DNA of 52,350 nt, taken from NCBI GenBank assembly GCA_027451625.1, contig DAIDIY010000047.1, forward strand, positions 1-52,350. Reading direction: 5' to 3'. Numbering within the stretch: position 1 is the first letter of the stretch; each line of letters opens with the position of its first letter. The DNA is from Candidatus Daviesbacteria bacterium (GTDB lineage Bacteria > Patescibacteriota > Microgenomatia > Daviesbacterales > UBA10151). Of this stretch, positions 38,149 through 48,862 are shown in pieces. A model generated the notes under the pieces. The model made no database searches, had not been told where the DNA came from, and saw nothing but the letters and a program-made list of their open reading frames with translations. Position numbers and translations under genes: made by a program.

Positions 38149-39903
38149 TTATCCTTTCTTAAATTGATTCTTATACATTTCAACAAATTCAGACACCGTT
38201 GTTGCATCTTCGGCTCTTTTATCATCGCTTCTAAATCTGATCATTCTCGGAAATCTTAAAGCATAACCAGGTTCACCTTCAATTTTACCAGCTGTATGTA
38301 TCGGACTTCTTGTAATTTCATCTGCAAGCACCTCAATTACCAACTCAGGTTTTATCCATACAGAAGGAATAATCTGTGAATTTACCCTAGCAGGCTTTTG
38401 TTCAAGCTTGATTTTATCTGCTTTCTGATGAATCTCTCGCCATTCTTCATCTGTTAATCCCGTACCAATTTTAGAAACTGTAACAAATTCATCTTTCTCT
38501 TTATCATAAATTCCAACCAGAAGAGCTCCTGCCCCAAAATCAGCTCTTTTACCTTTACCGAAGATATAGCCTAGGATAACAACATCTATTGTATCTTTCA
38601 GCTCTCCAGCTGAATGTTTCTTGAGTTTAACCCAATTGAAATTTCTAGCTCCTGCTTCGTATAGCGAGTCTGGACGCTTAATAATTAGTCCTTCTAACCC
38701 TTTTGTCAAAGCATCATCGAACAACTCTTGAATCTTATCTGCGTCTTTAGTAATTGTTCCTTTTTGAGGGAGAAGAATTTCATTTCCTTTTACATATTTC
38801 ATCAACTTATCAATCCTCTCCTTAAGAGGTTTGTTCACTAAAGACTCATCATTGAGATACATCATATCGAATACAAAAGCTTTTAGAGGTAATTTTTTTT
38901 GCATCTCTTCAATACCATATTTCCTACGTCTTTTAGTAGTCTCTTGGAAAGGGAGAAACTCTTCTGATTCGGGATTATAAGCTAATGCTTCAGCATCTAA
39001 GATTGCAGTTTCAGCATTAATTTGAGATAAAGCTCCTTTAATTAATTCAGGAAACATGTGAGTTGTTTCTTCTAAATTTCGAGAGAAGAGCCTAACTTGG
39101 TCTCCTTTAGGTTGCCTCCTATCTAGATGAATTTGTACTCGAAATCCATCAAGTTTATTTTGCACATGTACCTCTCCTCCCATTTTTTCTATGATGGTTT
39201 GTGGGTTAGGTAATCGTTCGCAAAGCTCAGATCTTAATGGTCGACCAATCATTACGTCTAATTTATTAATACCTTCTATCCCTTTACTCCATAAAACTTC
39301 GCCGATTAAACCTAAATCAGAAGTCTTATTATATGCATTCTCTAAAAGTTTTCTTCCTGATCTATTGCCTATCTTGGCCTGAGCAAAAGCATCAAGCACA
39401 GTTGAGTCTCCAACTCCTATCCGACTACTCCCCAAAGGAATCCTAACTAAATGTTTAGCTGCTATTGGGGTAGTTATTTGTAAAATGTTCGCAAGTTTTG
39501 TAACCTTTTTATCTATAGCCCCTTCACCTATAGTTTTAGCTATTTCAGATAAATCTTTAAAAACATCCTTAACTAAGAGCTTAGTAGTCTGTGATTCTAC
39601 TTTTTTAGCTAATTTCTCTGCTACATCTCCTAAATCACCTATTCGACGGTATTCAGCTAATATCTCCTCTTTATCAACACAAAATGCTTGAGATATCGCA
39701 GCAACTACCAGTTTTTCATTCATACCTATTTCAAGAGGAATATAGAATGGAGCAATTCTACTTTGCAGCAAATAAGTAATTTGAGCTATTTCGGATCCTT
39801 GAGCTTCTTGAAAGAGACTAGTTAATATATCTATCAACACCAACCGCGAAGATGTTTTTTCCAATTTTTCAAAATATTGAGCTAATGTATTAAATATCAT
39901 CAT
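38149..39903 (-). CDS. lig: ATP-dependent DNA ligase (archaeal/eukaryotic three-domain type)
   Basis: N-terminal DNA-binding domain, KLDGFRVQIH, EGLIIK, WVKLK, LRFPR. Confidence 0.95.
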   Translation of the reverse strand: MMIFNTLAQYFEKLEKTSSRLVLIDILTSLFQEAQGSEIAQITYLLQSRIAPFYIPLEIGMNEKLVVAAISQAFCVDKEEILAEYRRIGDLGDVAEKLAKKVESQTTKLLVKDVFKDLSEIAKTIGEGAIDKKVTKLANILQITTPIAAKHLVRIPLGSSRIGVGDSTVLDAFAQAKIGNRSGRKLLENAYNKTSDLGLIGEVLWSKGIEGINKLDVMIGRPLRSELCERLPNPQTIIEKMGGEVHVQNKLDGFRVQIHLDRRQPKGDQVRLFSRNLEETTHMFPELIKGALSQINAETAILDAEALAYNPESEEFLPFQETTKRRRKYGIEEMQKKLPLKAFVFDMMYLNDESLVNKPLKERIDKLMKYVKGNEILLPQKGTITKDADKIQELFDDALTKGLEGLIIKRPDSLYEAGARNFNWVKLKKHSAGELKDTIDVVILGYIFGKGKRADFGAGALLVGIYDKEKDEFVTVSKIGTGLTDEEWREIHQKADKIKLEQKPARVNSQIIPSVWIKPELVIEVLADEITRSPIHTAGKIEGEPGYALRFPRMIRFRSDDKRAEDATTVSEFVEMYKNQFKKG

Positions 39904-39975
39904 TTTCTAGATTTTACATCATAAAAAAAATATTTTGGAGATCTTTTTAACAAACTCCAATTAAACAAAAAAGAT

Positions 39976-41052
39976 TTAACGGAGGACATAGGCAGCTTTT
40001 TTAGTACCCCCAGTTTTCTTAATCAATCCTTTTTTCTTTAGAAACCTCAGTTCTCTTAATACTGTATCATCAGAATAATCAGGAAAAATTTTCCTAAAGT
40101 CTTTATTCTGTATCTGTTTATACTTATGAATATATTCCATAATTAACATCTGTCTCTCGTTTAATTCTATCTGCTCTCCCAAACGATCTTTAATATGACT
40201 ATCCATTGAGATCCTCTTAACTCTTTCTTTAATACGATTTAACTCAATCGCCATTCCTTCAGTAAAGTATTCAAGCCATGGGGTTAGATCTCGTTGAGAA
40301 CTATCCAAAACCAGTTGATTAGATACTACCTGCAGAGTCAAATAATACTGTAATGGATCATTATCGAAATATTCTTCTAATGAAAATAATTTTCTAATAT
40401 CGTAATTCTCTAGAAACAATATTAACGTTGCAAGCGCTCTAGAAGTTCGTCCATTCCCCTCCACAAAGGGATGGATTCGAGCCAATTCATAATGAACAAT
40501 TGCGGCTTTAATTACTGGATGTAAGTCTTTCGTCTCTTGTGAGTTAATCCAGTTTAAAAGATCTTCTACTAAATAAGGTACCTCCGCAGCAGGTGGAGGT
40601 GTATATGAGATCTGACCAGTTTGGCTATTTCTTAAAACCACCTGGCGTAAACGGAATTTTCCTGCATACTCATCATCAACCACTCTATATACAGTTAAAC
40701 GATGAATCTCCAAGATAGCTGCATTTGTTATAAAATGTGGCTTTTCTGGATTTACTTCTGAGGAGATAGTATCGATAAACTTTAAGACGTTTCTGTAGTT
40801 AATAATTTCTTGGATATCTCTATCACGAGCTATCACTTCTTTACCATCTAATACTTCTTGCGCTTCTTCAAAAGATAAAGGATTACCTTCGATATGTGTC
40901 CCATGATGGACAAATTTCTCTACAGCCTCTTTGCGAAATTTTGCTTCCCAAGCAGGTATCAAAGGGGAATTTAAGATTACTTCACGAGAGGCGTCAATTA
41001 TACCTATATTCTTTAAAATTTTATTTGTAATTATATACTTAGGTGAAAGCAT
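39976..41052 (-). CDS. Fic-domain protein with C-terminal winged HTH
   Basis: HPFVEGNGRTSR; N-terminal GTHIEGN (alpha-inh-like); C-terminal HTH (SDDTVLRELRFL). Confidence 0.92.
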   Translation of the reverse strand: MLSPKYIITNKILKNIGIIDASREVILNSPLIPAWEAKFRKEAVEKFVHHGTHIEGNPLSFEEAQEVLDGKEVIARDRDIQEIINYRNVLKFIDTISSEVNPEKPHFITNAAILEIHRLTVYRVVDDEYAGKFRLRQVVLRNSQTGQISYTPPPAAEVPYLVEDLLNWINSQETKDLHPVIKAAIVHYELARIHPFVEGNGRTSRALATLILFLENYDIRKLFSLEEYFDNDPLQYYLTLQVVSNQLVLDSSQRDLTPWLEYFTEGMAIELNRIKERVKRISMDSHIKDRLGEQIELNERQMLIMEYIHKYKQIQNKDFRKIFPDYSDDTVLRELRFLKKKGLIKKTGGTKKAAYVLR

Positions 41053-41137
41053 ATCTAAATGATAAAACCTAAATAATTATTGCATATTTCCCGCAAATGG
41101 TACAATATAGTCGTATAACATTTTGGATTATTAATAT

Positions 41138-41428
41138 ATGGCATCATCTTCAACTAAAAAGGCAGAAGAAAAAAACTTTCAGGAAACTCTTGTGTCTCAG
41201 CTCGTCACTTTATCAACTTCTGGGTTCGGATTAGTGGCTGCTCTCGCATGGAATAATGTGATTCAAGATTTGGTTAAAAACTATATTCAAACATATTTTC
41301 CTAAAAATGCTGGAATAATATCAGAATTGATTTATGCTGTTTTAATTACTATGATCGCTGTAACAGTTACCTACCAGCTGTCACGTCTTGCTGCTAGATT
41401 ACATAATCTTAAAAACAGATCATCATAA
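41138..41428 (+). CDS. Small membrane protein (DUF5654-like)
   Basis: GFGLVAALAWNNVI and IYAVLIT, two TM helices. Confidence 0.8.
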   Translation: MASSSTKKAEEKNFQETLVSQLVTLSTSGFGLVAALAWNNVIQDLVKNYIQTYFPKNAGIISELIYAVLITMIAVTVTYQLSRLAARLHNLKNRSS

Positions 41429-41438
41429 TAAGCAATTA

Positions 41439-42521
41439 TTAAATGATGTCTCCTTTTTCAATTTTAATTACCTTAGCTTTATTTAAAAACTCTTTTGGTA
41501 GATCTAAGATATTTATAACAGACAAAAAAGTCTGTTGACTATCTACCATCGAGATTACATAATCACGATGTTTTTGATCTAGCTCAGAGAAGATATCATC
41601 AAGTAACAAGATAGGATCAAGACCTTTAATATCTTTAATAAACATTCTCTGTGCAAGTTTCAAGTCTAAAACTGCTGTTCTCATTTCCCCTCTTGATCCA
41701 TAATATGCTAAATTTTTATTATTTGCTTGAAATAAAAAATCATCTCTGTGTGGACCTACCAAGCTCATTCCTGCTTCAATCTCTTTAGATAAATATTCAT
41801 TAATACGTCCGATAGAAATTACATTTGGTTGATGTACAAATTGTAATCCCGGCAAAAACCCTTCGCTTTCACCTAACATCTTAACTTTTTGATTTAAAGA
41901 ATCAATAAACTCAGATCGTTTACGAGAAATTTTTTGTCCCAAGTCAATTATTTGGAGTGTCCAATATTCAAGCTCTGAGAGCCGACTAGTACCTTCTCTT
42001 ATCCTTTTTAAAAGACGATTCCTAGAAGTTAAACTCTCATTATATCCAATTAAATCTTTTCTATAAGATAGATCTATTTGAGATAAGGAGTTATCAATAT
42101 ATGATCTTCTATCAGCTGGAGAACCCAAAATTAAATTTATATCTTCAGGAGAAAAATATACAACTATTAGTTCGCCAGCATAATCAGTAATCCTCTTTGC
42201 TAATCCGTTTAGCTTAAATTTCTTTTCAATTTTTTCATCGATATGGCCATCAGATACTTTTTGCATTCCAATTACAACTCTTGATGTCTGTTGATTATTT
42301 TCAATTTCTCCTTCTAAATAAGTAAATTTCTCACCATCTTTTATCAGCTGGAAATCTTTGTCAACTCGAGGAGACTTTCCTCCAGCTAAAAAATAAATAC
42401 TTTCTAAAAGGTTAGATTTTCCTTGAGCATTATCCCCCACTATAACGGTCATCAGTGGGAACTCTAACTCCAATTTTGAGAAGTTTCGAAAATTTATAAG
42501 TTTTAGTGTCCTTAACAACAT
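41439..42521 (-). CDS. recF: DNA replication/repair protein RecF
   Basis: NFRNF, GDNAQGKSNLLE, GPHRDD, GSRGE, LLLDDIFSELD. Confidence 0.96.
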   Translation of the reverse strand: MLLRTLKLINFRNFSKLELEFPLMTVIVGDNAQGKSNLLESIYFLAGGKSPRVDKDFQLIKDGEKFTYLEGEIENNQQTSRVVIGMQKVSDGHIDEKIEKKFKLNGLAKRITDYAGELIVVYFSPEDINLILGSPADRRSYIDNSLSQIDLSYRKDLIGYNESLTSRNRLLKRIREGTSRLSELEYWTLQIIDLGQKISRKRSEFIDSLNQKVKMLGESEGFLPGLQFVHQPNVISIGRINEYLSKEIEAGMSLVGPHRDDFLFQANNKNLAYYGSRGEMRTAVLDLKLAQRMFIKDIKGLDPILLLDDIFSELDQKHRDYVISMVDSQQTFLSVINILDLPKEFLNKAKVIKIEKGDII

Positions 42522-42611
42522 ACCTTAATCTGATTTAAGACATTACGAAAAACTAAATAGACTGTCAATCTAATGAAGCATGATAGAATTTTTAGAGTTT
42601 AAAAATTTAAT

Positions 42612-44009
42612 TTATACTCCTTTATTTCCTTTTTGCCAATGTTCCAGTCCTAAAAATTCTCTTAGCTTATAAGGCAAAAATTTTTCTTTGAAAAATAGGC
42701 TTGGAGAATAAGCCAACATGCCTAAAATAAATATTATAAGTCCTAGCCCTAAAAAAACAGTTGCAGCTCCAAAGCTATCTGAAAGAATACCAGCCAAAAA
42801 TACAGGTAAAGCCGCAAAAGACGTCATTATTACAGCAAGTACTGCGAAAACTTTACCCCGATCCTTTTCTGGAGTATTCTCTTGCAGCACTGTCTGACAA
42901 GGTATAATTATCGACACAGTTGCAAAACCTAAAATCATTGCTCCTAAAGCAAAATAGGAAGAAATCGAAGGAGCTCTAAAAAAATACCGTGGGTGCATCA
43001 GATGAATTGGGATCTCGTGAAGCTGTAATAATTTTACAATTATTGGTGTTGCTCCTACTAGAATAAAGATCAATCCCGAAACGATAATGGCCGGGATAAC
43101 GATTAACCTTCGAGGTAACTTATGAAACCAAAACTTATTACCGAGTATTATACCTAGAATCATTCCAATTCCCAATGGAAACATTACAAAATAAGATGAA
43201 TCAGTTGCATGAATTTTCAAAACAGTCTCTAAATATGAAGGCATTAAAACAGCCAACACCCCCACTACTCCCTGCATTCCAGAGAGAATAATAATCGCAG
43301 CAAATACGGATACTTTTTCTCGAATGAGCTTAAGGGTTAACTTGCTTTCTATATAGGTTACTCTAATCAAACGGTCTATGCTATTAAAATTTAAGAGTCC
43401 TTCGAATTTTTTATCTTCTGTTAAAACCTTAATTGGAGGTAAATTCTGAGCAAGTAGTGAAGCTATGAGTAGTATTCCAGATCCTAAAATGAATATCGCA
43501 TTAATTCCTAGTACGTTTAATATAGGTCCTGCTATAGAATAGCCTATCATCAAAGCTGCAGAAAATGTCAGTGAGAATAAAGAATTTGCTAAAAAGAGCT
43601 GTTTTTCAGATACTAACATTGGGATTGAAGAGCTCTCTGAAGGCATAAAAAACTGAGCTAAAGAATTAATTATAAAAGTATCAAACAATATTAGTACAAA
43701 AGAGGCTTTAATGAAGATAAAGAGCGCGAAACAGAGTGCTATCACAAAATCAATTAATATAATCAGTTTTCGTCTATCTAAGATATCTACAAATACTCCA
43801 GCAAAAAGCCCAAATAAAATTGCCGGGGAGTAGATTGAGAGCATCAGAGCAGAAACTGCTACTTCTGTTCGAACAAGCTTAAATACCCAAATGATTAAGG
43901 CAAAGTTTATTGCGTTGTATGAAAGTTGAATTAATATTTGATTGAACCATAAATACCTAAACCCTTTATTTCTTAAAAGCTCACGAAATCTCACACTCGA
44001 ACCATCCAT
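42612..44009 (-). CDS. MFS transporter
   Basis: About 12 TM helices, AGVFVDILDRRK (motif A), LQENTPEKDRGKVF. Confidence 0.92.
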   Translation of the reverse strand: MDGSSVRFRELLRNKGFRYLWFNQILIQLSYNAINFALIIWVFKLVRTEVAVSALMLSIYSPAILFGLFAGVFVDILDRRKLIILIDFVIALCFALFIFIKASFVLILFDTFIINSLAQFFMPSESSSIPMLVSEKQLFLANSLFSLTFSAALMIGYSIAGPILNVLGINAIFILGSGILLIASLLAQNLPPIKVLTEDKKFEGLLNFNSIDRLIRVTYIESKLTLKLIREKVSVFAAIIILSGMQGVVGVLAVLMPSYLETVLKIHATDSSYFVMFPLGIGMILGIILGNKFWFHKLPRRLIVIPAIIVSGLIFILVGATPIIVKLLQLHEIPIHLMHPRYFFRAPSISSYFALGAMILGFATVSIIIPCQTVLQENTPEKDRGKVFAVLAVIMTSFAALPVFLAGILSDSFGAATVFLGLGLIIFILGMLAYSPSLFFKEKFLPYKLREFLGLEHWQKGNKGV

Positions 44010-44062
44010 AAGTTAAAAATTATTATATACTAAAATAATTCTAGACTATTTGATAACAATCA

Positions 44063-44920
44063 TTACATTTGACATCTAGAACAATAAAAACTACTCCTTC
44101 CATTCAAAATTATATTCTCAATCAGATTTCCACAGGTAAAACATGGTTTTCCTTCTCGATTATAAACTTTGGCAACATTTAGAAAGTTTCCTTTTTCTCC
44201 TCTTTCATTGACAAAATGAGATCTACTAGCACCTTTTTGAGCAATACCCATCAATAAAACTTTCCTCATAGAATCAAATAACTTTTTAATCTCAGATTGG
44301 CTAAGCTGTTCAATCTTTTTTACAGGATTAATTCTAGCCAAAAATAGAGCTTCTGAAGAATAAATATTACCTATTCCTACTATCAGATGTTGATCCATAA
44401 GTGCTACTTTAATTGCAGTTTTTCCTCTTTTCTGTAAGCTCCTTCTAAAATCATCAAATGAAAAGTTGTCCTCTAAAGGTTCTGGACCTAAATTTCCAAA
44501 TATATCATCTATTGCTTTCTGTAAACTAGGAAATTCCCTTATCCAACCAAACTTTCTTTGGTCATTAAAGTATAGTTTCGAACCGTTATCAAAAGTAATA
44601 ATTACTCTTATTTGTTTATGAAATAGTGCTTCATATCGTTTAAGGTTATATATTGTAGATCTATTTTTTTTTATTTTACTGGGAACAAAGATTAGCTGCC
44701 CGCTCATTTTTAGATGGATCACCAAGACTCTATCATTTTCGAACTCAATACCTAACATTTTGCCGCGTCGGAAGATATCTTTAATTGTTAAATTGAAAAA
44801 ATTTTGAGGATTTCCTTGGAAACTTTTCTGATTATAAATATCTATTTTTAATACTTTCAAATTAACAGCTTGTTCCTTTAGACCCATTCTAATCGTTTCT
44901 ACTTCAGGAAGTTCAGGCAT
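44063..44920 (-). CDS. mutM: Formamidopyrimidine-DNA glycosylase
   Basis: MPELPEVE, RRGK, HLKMSG, GIGNIYSSE (H2TH), C-terminal C4 zinc finger. Confidence 0.97.
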   Translation of the reverse strand: MPELPEVETIRMGLKEQAVNLKVLKIDIYNQKSFQGNPQNFFNLTIKDIFRRGKMLGIEFENDRVLVIHLKMSGQLIFVPSKIKKNRSTIYNLKRYEALFHKQIRVIITFDNGSKLYFNDQRKFGWIREFPSLQKAIDDIFGNLGPEPLEDNFSFDDFRRSLQKRGKTAIKVALMDQHLIVGIGNIYSSEALFLARINPVKKIEQLSQSEIKKLFDSMRKVLLMGIAQKGASRSHFVNERGEKGNFLNVAKVYNREGKPCFTCGNLIENIILNGRSSFYCSRCQM

Positions 44921-44983
44921 AGACTTTGTAAGACTAACAGATACAGGTCATCTTTGTCTAGAATAAATAGTTAATACTGTTGA

Positions 44984-45415
44984 CTACAAAGCCCTTACAT
45001 AGAGAAAATATAAAGCTAACAGTGTAACTATACATTGGCTTGATAAACCATATACAACACCTACTTGAGTTTGCCACCCCGAGCCTGTAACATGAGTTTT
45101 AATACCAATCTTCTGAGACAGATGTAAAAAATTATCAAGATCAGTAAAAGCTCCAACAAATCCACCAACCATCATGTTTGGATCGCTTCTTAAAAGCCAA
45201 AGTAAACCTAACCCTAAAGATAGATCAATAAGGAAAAGAATAATATATAAAATCTTCCGCCATCTAGGCATATTTTTATCTCGAACATTTGGATCCCAGT
45301 GAGGCAGGAAATCCAAAACTAAATGGCTAATATAACCGCCTCCAATAGCCTCTGGGATATTAGAGGTAAAATAACCAACGCTAGCTCCAACTGCTACATG
45401 AGGCAAGATACTCAT
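44984..45415 (-). CDS. Small membrane protein, putative metal-dependent hydrolase fold
   Basis: PHVAVG, SHLVLDFLPHWD, TDLD and H motifs within TM helices. Confidence 0.65.
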   Translation of the reverse strand: MSILPHVAVGASVGYFTSNIPEAIGGGYISHLVLDFLPHWDPNVRDKNMPRWRKILYIILFLIDLSLGLGLLWLLRSDPNMMVGGFVGAFTDLDNFLHLSQKIGIKTHVTGSGWQTQVGVVYGLSSQCIVTLLALYFLYVRAL

Positions 45416-45418
45416 ATT

Positions 45419-46576
45419 TTATTTATAACTGTTAATTTTAGATAATTTTTCTTCTACCTCAAGACCTTGCTTAATAAGTGAGAGAATATCTTTTTTAAAC
45501 CTTTCTTTAGAAAACTTCTCTACTTCTTTGGAGATATGAGAAGATTCGAATTCTATTTGATCAAACTTCTCCAGTACAGACATTAAAGATTCAACGGTTG
45601 CTTCCTCATAAAATAATCCTGTTTTTTTATCAATAACCGTCTCTAAATATCCCCCAGCTTTTACTGCAATAACTGGAGTACCTAGAGATTGTGATTCAAC
45701 TGCAGTTATGCCAAAATCCTCATCTTCTGAAGCCACAATCAAAGCTTTAGCACCTTGATATAATTTAGCTAGTTCCTCATCTCTCACAGATCCCAAAAAT
45801 TCTATATTTTTTCCGGACTTTTTTCTCAGATCTTGTTCTATTGGCCCTACTCCAACTACCTTAAGAGGAAGATTTAAAGAAGTACACGCATCAATTATAA
45901 TGTCAACACCTTTACCTCTTACCAATCTAGAAACTGACAGAAAATAACTCTTTTCTGATTTATGAAAAATTTCCATAGATTTAAGTTTTTCAATCTCTAC
46001 GGGAGGATAAACAACTACTGCTTGCCGCTTATAAAATTTTTTAATTCTCTCAGCCACATTTTGTGAATTAGCGATTAACAAATCCGGCCTTTGAGATATC
46101 TGATAATCATAGAGGCGCAATAAATGATTAGCTAATTCTCCAAACACTCTAGTTAAAAGATGTTTTTTATAATTAAAACTAGTCGTGTACCCATATAGGA
46201 ACCTTGGAGGAGTATGAATATACGCTAAATGGAGAGTTTTAGTCCCTGTTAATACACCTTTAGCAAAATACACAGCAGAGGAAGAGATCACTACATCATA
46301 ATCTCTAAGATCAAAATTCTCAAATATTAATGGGGCAAAGATACGAAAAGGTGAGATAAGTTTATTCGCCAACGGTAACTTTTGAAGCCAAGAAGTTTTA
46401 ATATTCCAATTTTTAAGTCTGTCCCTATGAACACCTAACCCTTTCAGATTACAATAAGCTGTATATATAGGCGCATCTGGAAAAAGCTCATGAAGAGCTT
46501 CTAATACTCTCTCTGCACCTCCATACTCTCTTATATAATCATGAACCAATGCCACCTTCATATAATACTTTCTCAA
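45419..46576 (-). CDS. GT4-family glycosyltransferase (likely start ATG at 46561)
   Basis: MKVALVHDY, GGAERV, HTPPRFLY, EDFGITAVE (EX7E). Confidence 0.93.
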   Translation of the reverse strand: MRKYYMKVALVHDYIREYGGAERVLEALHELFPDAPIYTAYCNLKGLGVHRDRLKNWNIKTSWLQKLPLANKLISPFRIFAPLIFENFDLRDYDVVISSSAVYFAKGVLTGTKTLHLAYIHTPPRFLYGYTTSFNYKKHLLTRVFGELANHLLRLYDYQISQRPDLLIANSQNVAERIKKFYKRQAVVVYPPVEIEKLKSMEIFHKSEKSYFLSVSRLVRGKGVDIIIDACTSLNLPLKVVGVGPIEQDLRKKSGKNIEFLGSVRDEELAKLYQGAKALIVASEDEDFGITAVESQSLGTPVIAVKAGGYLETVIDKKTGLFYEEATVESLMSVLEKFDQIEFESSHISKEVEKFSKERFKKDILSLIKQGLEVEEKLSKINSYK

Positions 46577-46649
46577 ATATATTCTATAATATCTCAGATT
46601 AAATGATAGCCATTAGTCCTAAAATTTTAGAATATTCTGTAGATAAGAA

Positions 46650-47366
46650 CTATTTTTTCCCACTTGTTAATTTATTTTTAGTTTCTCGTATTGCAATTGC
46701 AGGTAAATTATTTTCGTTTATCTGTAAATAATCAACTAGCATCGCACGATTGTATCTAATAAGACTCCTCAGTAGCCATGAGATAGCTTTTGATATTAGA
46801 ATATTCTTTTCTGCTTTTAGACTATCGATATTCATAAGCGATAGCTTCACTAATCGCAAATCACTACTATGACCAACGGGAGAGGTCAATAATACCAAAC
46901 TTGCTCTACGTTTATTAATATTTTCGTCATTAGCAAGTCTTAGCAGGAAACATTCCCATTCACTCCACCTGGATAAAATTTCATCCGCAGTAAATATCCC
47001 TTGACAGGTAGAATCAATTTCTGCCCATCCATTTAATTTTCCAAGCCATTCATCAAGCTTTAATAAAGAGATTTCATGTCTATAGTTTGAAAAACATCTT
47101 AATATTTCCCCGGTAATAGTTTTTTCTTCATAAAATTGTCCATCGTATAATTGATCTAAAAGATATATAAAATCACCATGGCTCAAACTTTTATATCTAT
47201 TTTTAAAATAGTGCGCAATCATTTTTTTACGTGGATTTCTGATTGACAAATATTTATGCCCGCTAGATAAGTAGTTATCATTTCCAGATAGTCTCGAGCG
47301 ATCTCCTGCAGCTTTTTTGAGTTCTTCTAAAATCTCTTTGTAATATTTATTCATCTTTTTGCCCAT
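46650..47366 (-). CDS. AlkD-like DNA alkylation repair protein
   Basis: NGWAEIDS, RRASLV, KAISWLLR HEAT-like motifs. Confidence 0.85.
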   Translation of the reverse strand: MGKKMNKYYKEILEELKKAAGDRSRLSGNDNYLSSGHKYLSIRNPRKKMIAHYFKNRYKSLSHGDFIYLLDQLYDGQFYEEKTITGEILRCFSNYRHEISLLKLDEWLGKLNGWAEIDSTCQGIFTADEILSRWSEWECFLLRLANDENINKRRASLVLLTSPVGHSSDLRLVKLSLMNIDSLKAEKNILISKAISWLLRSLIRYNRAMLVDYLQINENNLPAIAIRETKNKLTSGKK

Positions 47367-47877
47367 ACCTTTGTCTTAGTATTTCATATAGAAACAATGC
47401 TGCCGCAACTGACACATTAAAACTCTCTGTCAATCCTTGCATCGGCAGATATACAAGATGATCGGCTAAGTTAATTACTTCTTCAGATATACCTTGTGAT
47501 TCATTTCCCATAACCAATGCTATCCTCCCTTCAAATCTGGTTGTCAATAGATTATTAGCAGTCGGATTAACATAGGTTCCATAGATAATAAATCCTTCTT
47601 CTTTTAATTTACTCAAGCACTCAGAACTCGAAGAATAATAGGTGATATCTAACCATTTAGAAGCTCCTGATGAAACATTAGAAGATAATCTGGGTCGCTT
47701 TCCTGCCGAGTTAATAATAAATACTCTGCCTATTCCAAATCCTTCTGTAGTCCGAAGAATTGCTGAGATATTAAGCTCTTCAGACAAATTCTCTAATACC
47801 AAAACTAAATTTTTGTTTCTATTTTCTAGAGCTTTACTAATTCTATCCTCTCTTGATAAATACGAATAATTTTTCAT
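47347..47877 (-). CDS. SpoU/TrmH-family RNA methyltransferase
   Basis: NISAILRT, MGNESQGIS, LPMQGLTESFNVSVAA. Confidence 0.92.
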   Translation of the reverse strand: MKNYSYLSREDRISKALENRNKNLVLVLENLSEELNISAILRTTEGFGIGRVFIINSAGKRPRLSSNVSSGASKWLDITYYSSSSECLSKLKEEGFIIYGTYVNPTANNLLTTRFEGRIALVMGNESQGISEEVINLADHLVYLPMQGLTESFNVSVAAALFLYEILRQRYGQKDE

Positions 47878-47929
47878 AGATCAATCCTTAGAGTTTAGCA
47901 AAAACATATAATCATGATAATATGGTCTT

Positions 47930-48862
47930 ATGTCGATATTAAAAAGAATCTTTTTTTCCATCCCTTTTCTGATATGTTTTATTATCTTTAATAATTATTT
48001 AAGTATCTTTTTAGAAAATACTAATAATATTCTCTCTTTAAATCTAACAGTTTATTTACAGACATTATATCTTGCTCTTTTCCTTATCTTAAGTGGATTT
48101 TTCTTGATAATTTTTATAACACTTGCAGAGAAATGGTTTTTAGTAATTCCTGTTATTACTATTGCAAGTGTATCTTCTTTCTTATCATATACTCCCCCCA
48201 TTGTATACATTATGCTCATAGGCTCAATAATTTCATTTTTAATAATCTATATCACTCTCCTTAACAAGCTAAAAACTTATCTTTCATTTTCGCCTACAAT
48301 TATTCTTGTCCCATCGATCAAACATTTAGTAATTTTATTAATATTAATTTCGTCTATATCATTCTACTTAATTGAAAGTTCTCGCATAAAGGCTAATGGT
48401 TTTACCATACCTACAAGCATTCTCAATCAGGAATTAAATCTTGTTAATTCTCAACTAAATCAAGGAGTTGGACAGAATAACCTGAACAGTATTCCCCAGA
48501 TATCTGCACAAAATTTACAAATACTTAAAAATAATCCTCAAGCATTAAAACAATTTGGGATTAATCCTGATATCATAAATAATTTCATCCAAAATGGAGC
48601 TGTTAATATTAATACTCAAAGTGTTCCCCAAAGCTTTACTAAAAATCTAATTGAGAACCAGATGAACGCTTTTATAAGACCTTATCTGAAATTTATCGCC
48701 CCAGTGCTTACTTTACTTTTCTTTCTGACCTTAACCTCTTTTACTTCCTTATTAGAGTTACTCTTAACTCCTTTGGTTGGAACTTGCTTTTGGATACTCG
48801 AAAAAATTCATTTTACTTCTTACCAAATAGAGATGCGTGAAGTAAAAAAATTAATTACTTAG
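47930..48862 (+). CDS. Multi-pass membrane protein of unknown function
   Basis: About 5 N-terminal TM helices, a Gln/Asn-rich loop, C-terminal TM, ends REVKKLIT. Confidence 0.8.
   Translation: MSILKRIFFSIPFLICFIIFNNYLSIFLENTNNILSLNLTVYLQTLYLALFLILSGFFLIIFITLAEKWFLVIPVITIASVSSFLSYTPPIVYIMLIGSIISFLIIYITLLNKLKTYLSFSPTIILVPSIKHLVILLILISSISFYLIESSRIKANGFTIPTSILNQELNLVNSQLNQGVGQNNLNSIPQISAQNLQILKNNPQALKQFGINPDIINNFIQNGAVNINTQSVPQSFTKNLIENQMNAFIRPYLKFIAPVLTLLFFLTLTSFTSLLELLLTPLVGTCFWILEKIHFTSYQIEMREVKKLIT

Noticed and set aside
39976-41428. Fic gene plus small neighbour as a toxin-antitoxin or defence pair
   Set aside because: The neighbour is divergent and a membrane protein, and the Fic protein carries its own N-terminal inhibitory-like motif, so there is no support for a pair.
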